The position numbers were made by a program, and so were the translations under genes. The notes beneath the pieces are model-generated. The model had not been told where the DNA came from. It did not search any database and saw nothing but the letters and a program-made list of their open reading frames with translations. DNA of 61,027 nt. Source: an uncultured Dehalococcoidales bacterium. Its GTDB lineage: Bacteria > Chloroflexota > Dehalococcoidia > Dehalococcoidales > UBA2162. The stretch covers positions 1 through 61,027 of the forward strand of contig CAZMUD010000002.1 of assembly GCA_964569715.1 (NCBI GenBank), in the 5' to 3' direction. Shown here piece by piece: positions 8,838 through 17,790 of this stretch (position 1 is the stretch's first letter; each line of letters opens with the position of its first letter).

Positions 8838-10046
8838 ATGTCATATCAATATACAGCCTATACTCTCGATAAGCGGATTGTGCAGGGTGCGATTGATGCC
8901 ACTTCCGAAAGTATGGCTGAGGAAACCTTATACCGTGCAGGGTATCAGCGTGTCCTCAGCCTGAAAGAGGTACGCCCCGGCCTGAGCTTGGCAGAATTGA
9001 TGCCCACCTTCTTTGGGGTTAAAGCTCAGAGTGTGATTGATTTCTCGCAGCAGCTAGCCACCCTAGTCGAGTCCGGTATTGGTCTTCTCATTGCTTTGCA
9101 GCTGCTTGAGGGGCAGGCCTCTAAAGTTGCTCTCAAAAAAGTCATCGCTGGATTGATTGAGGAGCTTCAGAGAGGCATCTCACTTTCCCAGGCGCTCAGC
9201 AAGTACCCAAATGTATTCTCCTATACCTACTGCCAGGTGATAAGAGCCAGCGAGCAGGCAGGGAATCTTGAAGTCGGTCTCAGGCAGATAGCTGGCTACA
9301 TGGAAAAGCAGGCAGCAACGACGAAAAAATTGACACGCGCTATGTCATATCCCACCTTGGTTGTACTCATGGCAATCGGGGTTTTCGCCATAATGGTTAC
9401 TGTGGCTCTACCGCCGCTGGTTGGACTATTTACCTCACTTGGTGCTGAGTTACCCTGGACGACAAAACTAGTCATCGCTATGGCTAGTTTCCTCGGCAAC
9501 TATAAGCTGTACCTTCTAGGAGGACTACTTACCCTAATTATTTTAATCGTTGGCTACGTGAGGTTACCGGCCGGAAAACTAACCATGGACAGGTTGATGT
9601 TGAAGGCGCCGGTAGTTGGTTCTATCAATATACAACAAAATATGTACCGCTTCTGCCAGTCAACGTCAATGATGTTAAAAGCCGGGCTACAGTTGCCTAA
9701 CATAATGAATATCGTAATTGAAACCGTCGGGAACGGGATTATCCGCCAGGCATTACAGGATACCCGAGATAAACTGCTTCAGGGGCATAGTTTGTCTCAG
9801 TCGATGGCTGCCACTAACCTATTTCCCAAGCTTCTGGTGGAGATGATAGTCGTGGGGGAGAAGACGGGTAACCTGGACTCCACTCTCGCCACCCTTGCTG
9901 ATTTTTATGAACAGAGGGTTGACCAGAGGATTGATACCCTCATATCGATGATAGAGCCCGCTTTGACGCTAGGTATTGGGCTGGTGGTTGCCTTCATCGC
10001 CCTCTCAATGATAACGCCGATGTACTCCATACTGCAGTCTCTATGA
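8838..10046 (+). CDS. pilC: Type IV pilus platform protein PilC/GspF family
   Basis: Two GspF-type repeats and 3 TM segments. The ATG at 8838 has GAGGG upstream; the ORF-track start is 8823. Confidence 0.9.
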   Translation: MSYQYTAYTLDKRIVQGAIDATSESMAEETLYRAGYQRVLSLKEVRPGLSLAELMPTFFGVKAQSVIDFSQQLATLVESGIGLLIALQLLEGQASKVALKKVIAGLIEELQRGISLSQALSKYPNVFSYTYCQVIRASEQAGNLEVGLRQIAGYMEKQAATTKKLTRAMSYPTLVVLMAIGVFAIMVTVALPPLVGLFTSLGAELPWTTKLVIAMASFLGNYKLYLLGGLLTLIILIVGYVRLPAGKLTMDRLMLKAPVVGSINIQQNMYRFCQSTSMMLKAGLQLPNIMNIVIETVGNGIIRQALQDTRDKLLQGHSLSQSMAATNLFPKLLVEMIVVGEKTGNLDSTLATLADFYEQRVDQRIDTLISMIEPALTLGIGLVVAFIALSMITPMYSILQSL

Positions 10047-10465
10047 TAACTGGCTACGGTAGGTGTGAGAAGATGGTAAGGACAATAAAGCAATGGGTTG
10101 GAAAGGTAAAAGTCCGACTTCAAGATCAAAGAGGACTAAGTCTGGCTGAGTCTGTAGTCGCGGTTGCCATCATAGGGATCGCCGTGGTTGCTTTTGTAAC
10201 AGCACTATCAGCTGGGTCAATTGCAGCGCGTGAGGGAGGACAGGAAGTTGTAGCGCAGAGATTAGCGCGAACCCAGCTGGAATACATCAAAAGCTGTCCC
10301 TATGATACCACCTATTCTACAGTCGATACACCAGAAGGCTATACCATTTCTGTTGGGGTTGATTCTACCCCTGATAATGATGCTGACATTCAAAAAGTAA
10401 CGGTAACTATCTTCCGAGCTGGTGACAACATTACGGCAGTCGAGAACTATAAGGTGAACCGATGA
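10043..10465 (+). CDS. Minor pilin / pseudopilin-like protein
   Basis: RG|LSLAESVVAVAIIGIAVVAF prepilin-type N-terminus. ATGA overlap with the pilC stop. Confidence 0.7.
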   Translation: MITGYGRCEKMVRTIKQWVGKVKVRLQDQRGLSLAESVVAVAIIGIAVVAFVTALSAGSIAAREGGQEVVAQRLARTQLEYIKSCPYDTTYSTVDTPEGYTISVGVDSTPDNDADIQKVTVTIFRAGDNITAVENYKVNR

Positions 10466-10917
10466 TGAAGTGGCAGCGAGGGTTTACCTTAGTTGAACTG
10501 CTCGTATCCACTGCTATTACCGGCCTTATCCTTAGTGGACTGGGTACGGCTATCTACCAGATTATTACCGTTACCGAGTATGGCAACGATAGGCTAACAG
10601 CCATGCATGAGCTTCAAAACATGGCTCACTGGTTTAGCCTTGACGGGCAGAGGGCGAGCGCGGCAAGCGGCGGTAGCGAGCTGGTGCTTACTCTATCCGA
10701 CGACTCGTCAGTTACCTATACCGTGGTGGGCACTGAGCTTTACCGCACGGCTGATAGCTCAAATATGACGCTGGCACGGAACATCACCAGTGCTAACTTC
10801 TCCGTTGAAAACCGCTTTATCACCATGACCATAACCTCGTCCCCTCAGGGCAGATGGGGAGTGAGTGAGAATGGAACTTACAAGGTTTACCGCCGACTTA
10901 CAGAGGAGCAAGAGTGA
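10462..10917 (+). CDS. Minor pilin / pseudopilin-like protein
   Basis: QRG|FTLVELLVSTAITGLIL prepilin-type N-terminus. 4-nt overlaps with both neighbours. Confidence 0.8.
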   Translation: MMKWQRGFTLVELLVSTAITGLILSGLGTAIYQIITVTEYGNDRLTAMHELQNMAHWFSLDGQRASAASGGSELVLTLSDDSSVTYTVVGTELYRTADSSNMTLARNITSANFSVENRFITMTITSSPQGRWGVSENGTYKVYRRLTEEQE

Positions 10918-12215
10918 TGGATGGCGAAAAAGGACAGGTTCTTCCTCTAGCCCTGGTTGCTCTGGCTATTGGCTCAATGGTCATAACGCCCTTCATCAGT
11001 CACGCCAGCAGCAGCCTTATTGGCTCTCGAATCTACGGGCAGGCGATAGCCGAGCAATACTCTGCTGACGCCGGGGTGGAGCACGCTATCTGGCGCCTGA
11101 CCGACGGTGGTCTCGCAGATGAGTTGCCTTCCCCGGGAGACAACACTATCTATCAGGTGAGTGAAACGGTTAACGGCGTAGCACCTAGCATCACGGTGAC
11201 CAGAGATATGGTGACTATAGCCAGCGATGACTTCGAGAGCGTGGGTTGGTCCGGTGGTAGTGGCTGGCTTGATGCCTGGTATTACGAGGGTGATGCAAGT
11301 ATTGTAACTGAGAGAAGCCCTTACCAGGGAAGCTACCACCTACGGCTGAGAAGAAGTAACGGATATGTAAAGCGGGCCGTTGACCTTTCTGGCTATTCCA
11401 GCGCCAGCCTCCAATTCTGGGCCAAGACTAGGTCATTTGAGCGTGGTGAAGAAGCAAGGTGTTTGGTCAGCTCCAACGGGGCCGACTGGACGGTAGTTAA
11501 GACCTGGATAAATGGAGATGACGACAATACCTATTACTTCTACGAGATTGATTTGTCTTCGTACACGCCCTCCAGTGAGTTCTGGATTGCCTTTCAGGCT
11601 GATATGTCAGGGACAGGAGACCAGCTTTATGTTGACGACCTGAAGGTGGTAAGTGTGTTCACTGGTGCTGCCCTGGGATTGCCGAGCGACGACTTCGAAA
11701 GTGGCGGTTGGTCTGGAGGTTCAAGCTGGCTGTATGGCTGGTATCACGAGGGCACTTCGCAGGTCACAAGTAGTGGTAACCCTTATGAAGGAAACTACCA
11801 CCTGAGAATGAGGAGAGGGAATAGCTATGTGGACCGGGCGGCGGATTTATCCGGCCAGTCTAACCTCCGCCTCCAGTTCCGGGCTAAGGTGAGTTCTTTT
11901 GAAGGTAGCGACTCTATGGAGTGCCTGGTAAGCTCTGATGGCGAGACCTGGACTACCGTCCAGACCTGGACCAGCGCCGATAGTGATAATACTTATCACT
12001 TCTGTGACATCGACTTATCGCCCTACACCATGTCCAGTGAGTACTGGGTTGCCTTCCAGTCGGGGATGAACAACAGGAATGATTATTTCTACGTTGATGA
12101 CCTGAAGATAACAGCGCCTTTTGTCGTCTACCAGATTGTATCTACCGTCGGCGACAGAACTATCAGAGCCGTCGTTAAAATTTCGGACACAACCGTTTCT
12201 ATTCTCTCGTGGTAG
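10914..12215 (+). CDS. Pilus-operon protein with a hydrophobic pilin-like N-terminus and two tandem ~154-aa beta-rich (CBM/MAM-like) modules
   Basis: N-terminus KGQVLPLALVALAIGSMVI (no Glu5). Internal repeats start at DDFESVGWSGGSGW (nt 11226) and DDFESGGWSGGSSW (nt 11688), and each ends in YVDDLK. Confidence 0.75.
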   Translation: MMDGEKGQVLPLALVALAIGSMVITPFISHASSSLIGSRIYGQAIAEQYSADAGVEHAIWRLTDGGLADELPSPGDNTIYQVSETVNGVAPSITVTRDMVTIASDDFESVGWSGGSGWLDAWYYEGDASIVTERSPYQGSYHLRLRRSNGYVKRAVDLSGYSSASLQFWAKTRSFERGEEARCLVSSNGADWTVVKTWINGDDDNTYYFYEIDLSSYTPSSEFWIAFQADMSGTGDQLYVDDLKVVSVFTGAALGLPSDDFESGGWSGGSSWLYGWYHEGTSQVTSSGNPYEGNYHLRMRRGNSYVDRAADLSGQSNLRLQFRAKVSSFEGSDSMECLVSSDGETWTTVQTWTSADSDNTYHFCDIDLSPYTMSSEYWVAFQSGMNNRNDYFYVDDLKITAPFVVYQIVSTVGDRTIRAVVKISDTTVSILSW

Positions 12216-12244
12216 GTGGAATAGTATGAGCGCAGGAGACACTG

Positions 12245-12805
12245 GTGAAGGGTAAGTTAATGATTACGCTCGTAGTAATTGCTTCAGTAGTAGTCTACGC
12301 TTATTTCGGCATGGGCTATATGAAACAGCGCAATGAGCGTGAGGTGCTGATTTCCCATATTACCGACGTCAGCCAAACACTTGCCCAAATGCCCAAGCCT
12401 CCGCAGGACCTGGAGCAGCGATTAGCAGCTGCTCAGGCTAGTCTGGCTGCCGAGCAAGGTACATTCCCCGGCAAGATGAACAGCACCCATATCATCAATA
12501 GCATTCTCAAGCTGGCCGATGACTGCGATGTTAAAGCCATCCCTTTGATAACTCGACCGTGGTCAATAGAGAATGTTGGGAAATATGGCTATCATGTTTT
12601 CCGGTTAGATGTAACCGTTGAGGGAAGTTTCTCACAAGTGGTCAGTTTCGTTAGCAAATTGGAAAATGGGGAGTTTAGGACACTTATCGTGGAGGACCTG
12701 AGTGTCACCAGGGTTACCGAACAGTCCGAAGGAGAAACTGTTACCGAGGGAATCATGGCTAGCTTGGGTCTGGCTATCTATACGCAGTCTGCGGCTTCTG
12801 AGTAG
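12245..12805 (+). CDS. PilO-like pilus biogenesis protein
   Basis: N-terminal TM helix, a coiled segment, and a C-terminal VTVEGSFSQVVSFVSKLENG pattern typical of PilO. Confidence 0.7.
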   Translation: MKGKLMITLVVIASVVVYAYFGMGYMKQRNEREVLISHITDVSQTLAQMPKPPQDLEQRLAAAQASLAAEQGTFPGKMNSTHIINSILKLADDCDVKAIPLITRPWSIENVGKYGYHVFRLDVTVEGSFSQVVSFVSKLENGEFRTLIVEDLSVTRVTEQSEGETVTEGIMASLGLAIYTQSAASE

Positions 12806-12827
12806 AGGCGAAGGGTTTGTTTACATA

Positions 12828-14306
12828 ATGTATGCAACGCTAAATATCAGTGCCACCAGCATGAGGCTCCTCTCCGTGGAGGGAAGTCGGGTAAAGAAGT
12901 GGGGGGATGTATCTCTCGCACCGGAGCTGGTCAGGGATGGACTCATTTTACAGCCGAAAGCGGTAGGGGCAGTCATCGACGACCTGTTTGAATCAATGAA
13001 AGTCCCTAAGGAGCGAGTTATCATTACCCTGACTGGCTTGTCCTTTACTTACCGCATCCTGAGCTTGCCCCGGATGAAGCCCGACCTTTTAGAGGAGGCT
13101 ATCCTGCGGGGGGCAAAGAGAGAAATACCACTGCCTCTAGAGGAACTTTACCTTTCATGGCAAGCTATCGGTAGTAAAGACGATGAGATGGATTTCTTTG
13201 TTTTAGGTGTGCCGCGGAATCTTATTGATGCCATGGTTCAGACGCTGGAAGAGGCTGGAGTGAAGCCTTATATCATGGGTCTGAAGCCGCTGGCATTGGC
13301 TAGAGCAGCCAATCGAGGAGATGCCCTAATAGTAGATTTGGAGCCCGATTGTTTCGATATTGTTCTAGTAGCTAATGGTATTCCCGCTATTATGCACACA
13401 ATAACTCCAAGAGGGGAAGGGGCGGATATAGAGGACAACATTCGGCGGCTGGCAGACGAGTTGTCAAAAACAGTAAAGTTCTATAACAGCAGCCACCCAG
13501 AAAACCTTCTTAGTCCAACCACACCTTTGTTGCTGACTGGAGAGCTCTCAACCAATGCCACCGCCAGCAAGATTATCCAAGCCGAGATAGAATACCCAGT
13601 CGAGCCCTTAGTTCCACCACTGGAATTCCCTACGGACTTACCTATTGCTTTATATGCAACCAATATGGGGCTTGCTCTTAAAAAGGTGCCATGGAAGCAA
13701 GGATTAAAAGGAGATGCTACCCGTTTCCACGATATAAACCTTAATATATTGCCTGGTAAAAAAGAAGCTAGAGCCTTCTCAGTATCAATACGAAACATAC
13801 TTCTCACTCTGGCTTTAATAATTATTATTGGTCTCCTATCTCCTCTGTACTTGGTTAAGAGTCAAGCTGATGCTGAAACTGTGCGATTGCAAGCTGAGTT
13901 GAGTGGCGTTAGCCAGGAACTCCGTCAAGCTCGGCTCGCTATCGATGAGGCAAAGCAAATCGAGGACACTATAAATGAAATAGCAGCCGATGTGGAAACC
14001 CTGAAACAGGAGCATCAAGGCATTCTCAGCAAAGAAGATAACTTCGCCAGCAAACTGACATTGGTTACCGATGCCCTTCCATCTGGAGCGCATTTCACCT
14101 ATATAGAGGTAGGAACTGGCCAGCTCACTGTAAAGGGTGAAGCTGATAGCTCCTTCACGGTCATCAGCTACGCAATGGCTTTGGAGTCACAAGGGGTGTT
14201 CCCTGAAGTTCGCGTTGCTGAGATTGGTGAGAATAGGAGTACTGAAGATGAGACCACAGAGGTGGAGAGCAGTGGAGTATTCTTCACAATTATTATTAGC
14301 TTCTAA
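12828..14306 (+). CDS. PilM-PilN fusion protein (actin-like ATPase fold + TM/coiled-coil PilN-like part)
   Basis: MYATLNISATSMRLLSVEG... is a PilM-type N-terminus. A TM helix (ILLTLALIIIIGLL) and coiled coil follow. The ORF-track start at 12702 overlaps pilO and is unlikely. Confidence 0.8.
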   Translation: MYATLNISATSMRLLSVEGSRVKKWGDVSLAPELVRDGLILQPKAVGAVIDDLFESMKVPKERVIITLTGLSFTYRILSLPRMKPDLLEEAILRGAKREIPLPLEELYLSWQAIGSKDDEMDFFVLGVPRNLIDAMVQTLEEAGVKPYIMGLKPLALARAANRGDALIVDLEPDCFDIVLVANGIPAIMHTITPRGEGADIEDNIRRLADELSKTVKFYNSSHPENLLSPTTPLLLTGELSTNATASKIIQAEIEYPVEPLVPPLEFPTDLPIALYATNMGLALKKVPWKQGLKGDATRFHDINLNILPGKKEARAFSVSIRNILLTLALIIIIGLLSPLYLVKSQADAETVRLQAELSGVSQELRQARLAIDEAKQIEDTINEIAADVETLKQEHQGILSKEDNFASKLTLVTDALPSGAHFTYIEVGTGQLTVKGEADSSFTVISYAMALESQGVFPEVRVAEIGENRSTEDETTEVESSGVFFTIIISF

Positions 14307-14308
14307 TC

Positions 14309-14334
14309 AGAGAGGCTGGTTACCCAGCCTCTCT
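14309..14334. terminator. Strong hairpin between convergent genes
   Basis: Perfect 11-bp stem AGAGAGGCTGG / CCAGCCTCTCT with loop TTAC. No clear U-tract on either strand. Confidence 0.45.
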
Positions 14335-14362
14335 AACACCCTTGATAGCTATAAAGTTAGCT

Positions 14363-14503
14363 TTAGCTCTTCCCTATTCTAAACATCTTGGTGCCACATA
14401 CGGGGCAAACACCCTGGGTCGCTGGCTTTCCATTCTTCATGGTTATGGCTTTGGCATCCCGCATTTCTCTCTTGGCACGACATTTCACGCAATAGGCTTG
14501 CAT
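14363..14503 (-). CDS. Small zinc-ribbon protein, DUF5679-like (46 aa; below the ORF-track cutoff)
   Basis: Hand translation: MQAYCVKCRAKREMRDAKAITMKNGKPATQGVCPVCGTKMFRIGKS. Two CxxC pairs. GGGAGG lies 7-8 nt upstream of the ATG. Confidence 0.75.
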   Translation of the reverse strand: MQAYCVKCRAKREMRDAKAITMKNGKPATQGVCPVCGTKMFRIGKS

Positions 14504-14637
14504 CGAGTCTACCTCCCTTTTTGTTATGAACGATAAACTATTTCCGCCGTGGTGTCAATACCCACAGACGCTTGATATGCAGGTCACACTTCGATGAATT
14601 GTGACTAGGATGACTTGCGCAGAGCTTGTTCTCACTC

Positions 14638-14892
14638 TTAGGTCTTTTTCACATAGACCTTGATTTCCCTACCCTCCTCTTCCACTCCTAGAAACTCGTG
14701 TCCGGTGGCCTGGCACCATGCCGGCATGTCCTGAGTAATCCCCTTATCATCAGCCACCACTTCCAGAACCTCACCCTGCTTGAGCTGTTTAATCTTCTCC
14801 GCAGTTTTGACAATAGGCATAGGACAGTAAAGCCCTATGCAATCCAAGCTCTGGTCTGCCTTCATCTCCTCCTCCTTGATTTGCCTCAGCAC
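14638..14892 (-). CDS. tusA: TusA/SirA-family sulfurtransferase
   Basis: LDCIGLYCPMPIV motif with the conserved active-site Cys-Pro. Confidence 0.85.
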   Translation of the reverse strand: MLRQIKEEEMKADQSLDCIGLYCPMPIVKTAEKIKQLKQGEVLEVVADDKGITQDMPAWCQATGHEFLGVEEEGREIKVYVKKT

Positions 14893-14900
14893 AATTCTGG

Positions 14901-15389
14901 TTAGATGAAGAGGGTCACCTTTGACTGGCGAGCTTCGCCCAGGAAATAGGCAGCGCCAGCCAGACTCTCCACTTCACTGCGGAAAGTGTCTGTTACTGGA
15001 GGCAAGCCCATCACCCCACACGTAGTGGTGCAAGCAATAAGTTTTACCCCCATTTGATGTGCCATAGCGATAAACTCGTCGATGGACGGCATATTAGTAT
15101 CCTTCATCAGCTGTTTCATCATCCAGGTACCGAGGCCAAACATATTAAACTTGGAAAGCTTTAGCCGCCTGGAGCCGCCCCGGTTTATGAGGTTCAGCAT
15201 CTTCCTCATCAGCCCTTTGCTCTTAATGCTACCTTCATTTCTTTTAATAATGTTCAGTCCCCAGAAAGTGAAGAACATGCTCACCTCCATCCCCATACTG
15301 GCGCCAGTTACCGCCAGCATAAAAGCAGCCAAGGCCCGTTCCAAGTCCCCGCTTAAGACAGCTATGGTTAATTTTTCCTTCTCTGCCAT
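14901..15389 (-). CDS. DsrE/DsrF/DrsH-like family protein
   Basis: FFTFWGL motif, LSKFNMFGLG, ACTTTCGVMG and a C-terminal TLFI, characteristic of the family that pairs with TusA. Confidence 0.8.
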   Translation of the reverse strand: MAEKEKLTIAVLSGDLERALAAFMLAVTGASMGMEVSMFFTFWGLNIIKRNEGSIKSKGLMRKMLNLINRGGSRRLKLSKFNMFGLGTWMMKQLMKDTNMPSIDEFIAMAHQMGVKLIACTTTCGVMGLPPVTDTFRSEVESLAGAAYFLGEARQSKVTLFI

Positions 15390-15412
15390 TTAGACCTCCA
15401 TTTAAAGCAACC

Positions 15413-15601
15413 TCAACCCTTAATCTCAGTCCCACAATGTGGGCAGACCCTATTCTCCCGGGGCACAGGTTCACGGCACTTAGGACAGTAAAATATGGTT
15501 ACTCTGCAAGCCTGGCAGTATGGGAAATTGGCCTCCATTATCTCCGTATCACAGTAGGGACAGAAAATAGGCTTTCTTTCTTCTTTTTGTTCTGTCATCA
15601 C
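15413..15601 (-). CDS. Zinc-ribbon protein (four CxxC pairs)
   Basis: CPYC...CQAC...CPKC...CPHC. ATGA overlap with the iscU stop. Confidence 0.65.
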   Translation of the reverse strand: MMTEQKEERKPIFCPYCDTEIMEANFPYCQACRVTIFYCPKCREPVPRENRVCPHCGTEIKG

Positions 15602-15990
15602 TCCTTTCCTCCTCCTTTCGCCTTCTTGCTCAGGTAATCTTGTATAGCTTTATGCAAAGCTTGGGCACCCAGATTGGAGCAGTGAAACTTGTTTTTGGGC
15701 AATCCCTCAAGTTCATTAGCCACCGAGCGGGGAGTGATTTTCATCGCTTCTTCCAGTGTCTTGCCCTTAGCCATTTCACTGACCATACTGGAAACGGCAA
15801 TGGCTGCGCCACAACCGAAGGTCTTGAACTTAACATCCTCCAGGTGGTCATCTTTAACCTTTATGTAGAAGGTCATCATGTCCCCGCATACCGGGTTGCC
15901 TTCCTCACCAACTCCGTCTGGATTTTCGAGTTCCCCTACATTGCGGGGATTCATAAAGTGTTCCATTACCTTTTCGCTATATACCGGCAT
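15598..15990 (-). CDS. iscU: Fe-S cluster scaffold IscU/NifU N-terminal type
   Basis: NPRNVGE, NPVCGD, FGCGAAIA and HCS motifs. Confidence 0.92.
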   Translation of the reverse strand: MPVYSEKVMEHFMNPRNVGELENPDGVGEEGNPVCGDMMTFYIKVKDDHLEDVKFKTFGCGAAIAVSSMVSEMAKGKTLEEAMKITPRSVANELEGLPKNKFHCSNLGAQALHKAIQDYLSKKAKGGGKE

Positions 15991-15991
15991 A

Positions 15992-17179
15992 TTACTTGCC
16001 TCCTTTACTTTCTTTTATGAATTTGGCGTAAAGTGGCGACATCTGCCGCAGTCTGTCTACGATGGGAGGCAGTACCTCAAGGACATAGTCTATATCTTTA
16101 GCGGTATTATCTATGCCCAGGCTAAAGAGGAGGGAGCCCTGGGCCAGCTCGTGAGATATCCCCATGGCGATGAGCACGTGTGAGGCTTTAAGAGCCCTTG
16201 AGGTGCAGGCTGAACCACTGGAGACGGCGACTCCTTGGCTATTTAATAACATAAGCATGGATTCACCCTCGATAAACTCCACGCAGAAGCTGGCGTGTCC
16301 GGGAAGGCGATTTTGTGGGTGACCGGTAACCACTACGTGGTCAATCTTACCTGGCAATTCCGTTAGCAAGCGGTCACGGAGTGGAGTGAGATGCTCTACT
16401 TGAGCCGCCACATTCGTTGTAGCCAGTTCAGCAGCCTTACCCAGACCGACAATAGCTGGGACATTCTCTGTGCCGGCACGCCGCCCTCCCTCCTGCACAC
16501 CACCATCAAGAAGAGGCATAATGCGCACTCCCTTTCGCACCCAGAGGGCACCTATTCCTTTGGGACCGTAGAACTGGTTTCCGGCCAGGCTCAAGCTGTC
16601 CACCCCCAATCTCTTTACATCTACCGGTATAGTTCCAGCCGTAGCCACGGCATCAGTATGGAAGACCACGTTATTCTCTCTGGTTATTCTGGCAATCTCC
16701 TGTATTGGCTCTATGGTGCCCGCCTCGCCATTGGCATGCATCACTGATACGAGTATAGTATCTTTCCTCAAGCTTTTTCGCACATCCTCTGGGTCAACTA
16801 GACCATGCTTATCCACCGGCACCAGGCTCAGCTCAAAGCCCCATTTCTCCAGAGTTCTGGCTGAGTGCAGTACTGAGAAATGCTCAATAGCCGATACGAC
16901 CACATGCTTACCCTTATTTTGTTTAACTAGCGTCAGCCCCTTAATGGCGAAATTGTTGCTTTCAGTGCCGCTGCCGGTAAAGATTATCTCCTCGGCATCG
17001 GCACCGATAAGTTGAGCCACCTGCGCTCGAGCAACCTCCACTGCTTCCCGCGCAGCATCACCCCAGTTGTGAAGTGAGGATGGGTTGCCATAAGTCTCAC
17101 CCAGGAATGGCGTCATTGCCTGCCAAACCTCAGGGTGAAGTGGAGTAGCGGAGGCATTATCCAAATAGACTTTTCTCAT
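15992..17179 (-). CDS. nifS: Cysteine desulfurase (NifS/IscS type)
   Basis: 395 aa. PLP-Lys region ([12 protein letters not shown]), active-site SSGSACTS and a C-terminal LRFSLG-like motif. Confidence 0.92.
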   Translation of the reverse strand: MRKVYLDNASATPLHPEVWQAMTPFLGETYGNPSSLHNWGDAAREAVEVARAQVAQLIGADAEEIIFTGSGTESNNFAIKGLTLVKQNKGKHVVVSAIEHFSVLHSARTLEKWGFELSLVPVDKHGLVDPEDVRKSLRKDTILVSVMHANGEAGTIEPIQEIARITRENNVVFHTDAVATAGTIPVDVKRLGVDSLSLAGNQFYGPKGIGALWVRKGVRIMPLLDGGVQEGGRRAGTENVPAIVGLGKAAELATTNVAAQVEHLTPLRDRLLTELPGKIDHVVVTGHPQNRLPGHASFCVEFIEGESMLMLLNSQGVAVSSGSACTSRALKASHVLIAMGISHELAQGSLLFSLGIDNTAKDIDYVLEVLPPIVDRLRQMSPLYAKFIKESKGGK

Positions 17180-17415
17180 ATCGATACCTCCTAGCCATAC
17201 TATTATTCTAACGCGCCTTGCTCATACAAGCAAAAGAAACTATTGCTAAACCCACCTTCAGTAACCAGTCCTCTCGAGGCAGGTATTTCTAAATTATTAT
17301 GATATGATTATTAAAACAGGTATATGATTTAAATCATAGTCGGCAATGCCAATAAGTCTTACTATAGGTGTAGGAGTTAAAACTCAAGCGTCCACCGCTA
17401 GAGGAGGTGACAGGA

Positions 17416-17646
17416 GTGACGAGCAAATGTCCTGGTCAGGATTTCAGGAAGCTGCGGGTGTCACTACACAAATGCCCCCACTGTGGTGCTGAGGTTGAAA
17501 TCTTCTCTGACGAAATAAAAGTGAAGTGCCAGAAGTGTGGTGAGATGGTCTACCAGGAGAAGATACCTTCCTGCATTGACTGGTGTGCTTCCGCCCGCCA
17601 ATGCCTGGGGGAGGAGAGGTGGAAGGAGTTGAGAGGCGAGGACTAG
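17416..17646 (+). CDS. Cys-rich zinc-ribbon protein of unknown function
   Basis: CPHCGAEV...CQKCGEMV plus CIDWC...C. GAGGAGG lies 8 nt upstream of GTG 17416 (ORF-track start 17407). Confidence 0.55.
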   Translation: MTSKCPGQDFRKLRVSLHKCPHCGAEVEIFSDEIKVKCQKCGEMVYQEKIPSCIDWCASARQCLGEERWKELRGED

Positions 17647-17667
17647 CCGGGCGTATTCTATCAAGAA

Positions 17668-17778
17668 CTATTCATGTCCGATGCCGTCGGGATTTTCGAG
17701 CTCCCCTACATTCCTCGGGTTCTTGAAGTGCTCCATCACCTTCTCGCTATACAGTGACCACACATCACCCACCACCCA
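17668..17778 (-). pseudogene. Truncated iscU remnant (N-terminal ~30 codons only)
   Basis: Reverse-strand translation ...LYSEKVMEHFKNPRNVGELENPDGIGHE* matches IscU residues 4-32 (VYSEKVMEHFMNPRNVGELENPDGVGEE) and then stops. It occupies the same position downstream of nifS copy 2 as iscU does after copy 1. Confidence 0.8.
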
Positions 17779-17790
17779 CGTTTTCCTCTC

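Noticed and set aside
12702-12827. The ORF-track start of the PilM-like gene at 12702, overlapping pilO by about 100 nt.
   Set aside because: The extension has no PilM similarity and overlaps the PilO C-terminus. ATG 12828 gives a typical PilM N-terminus.
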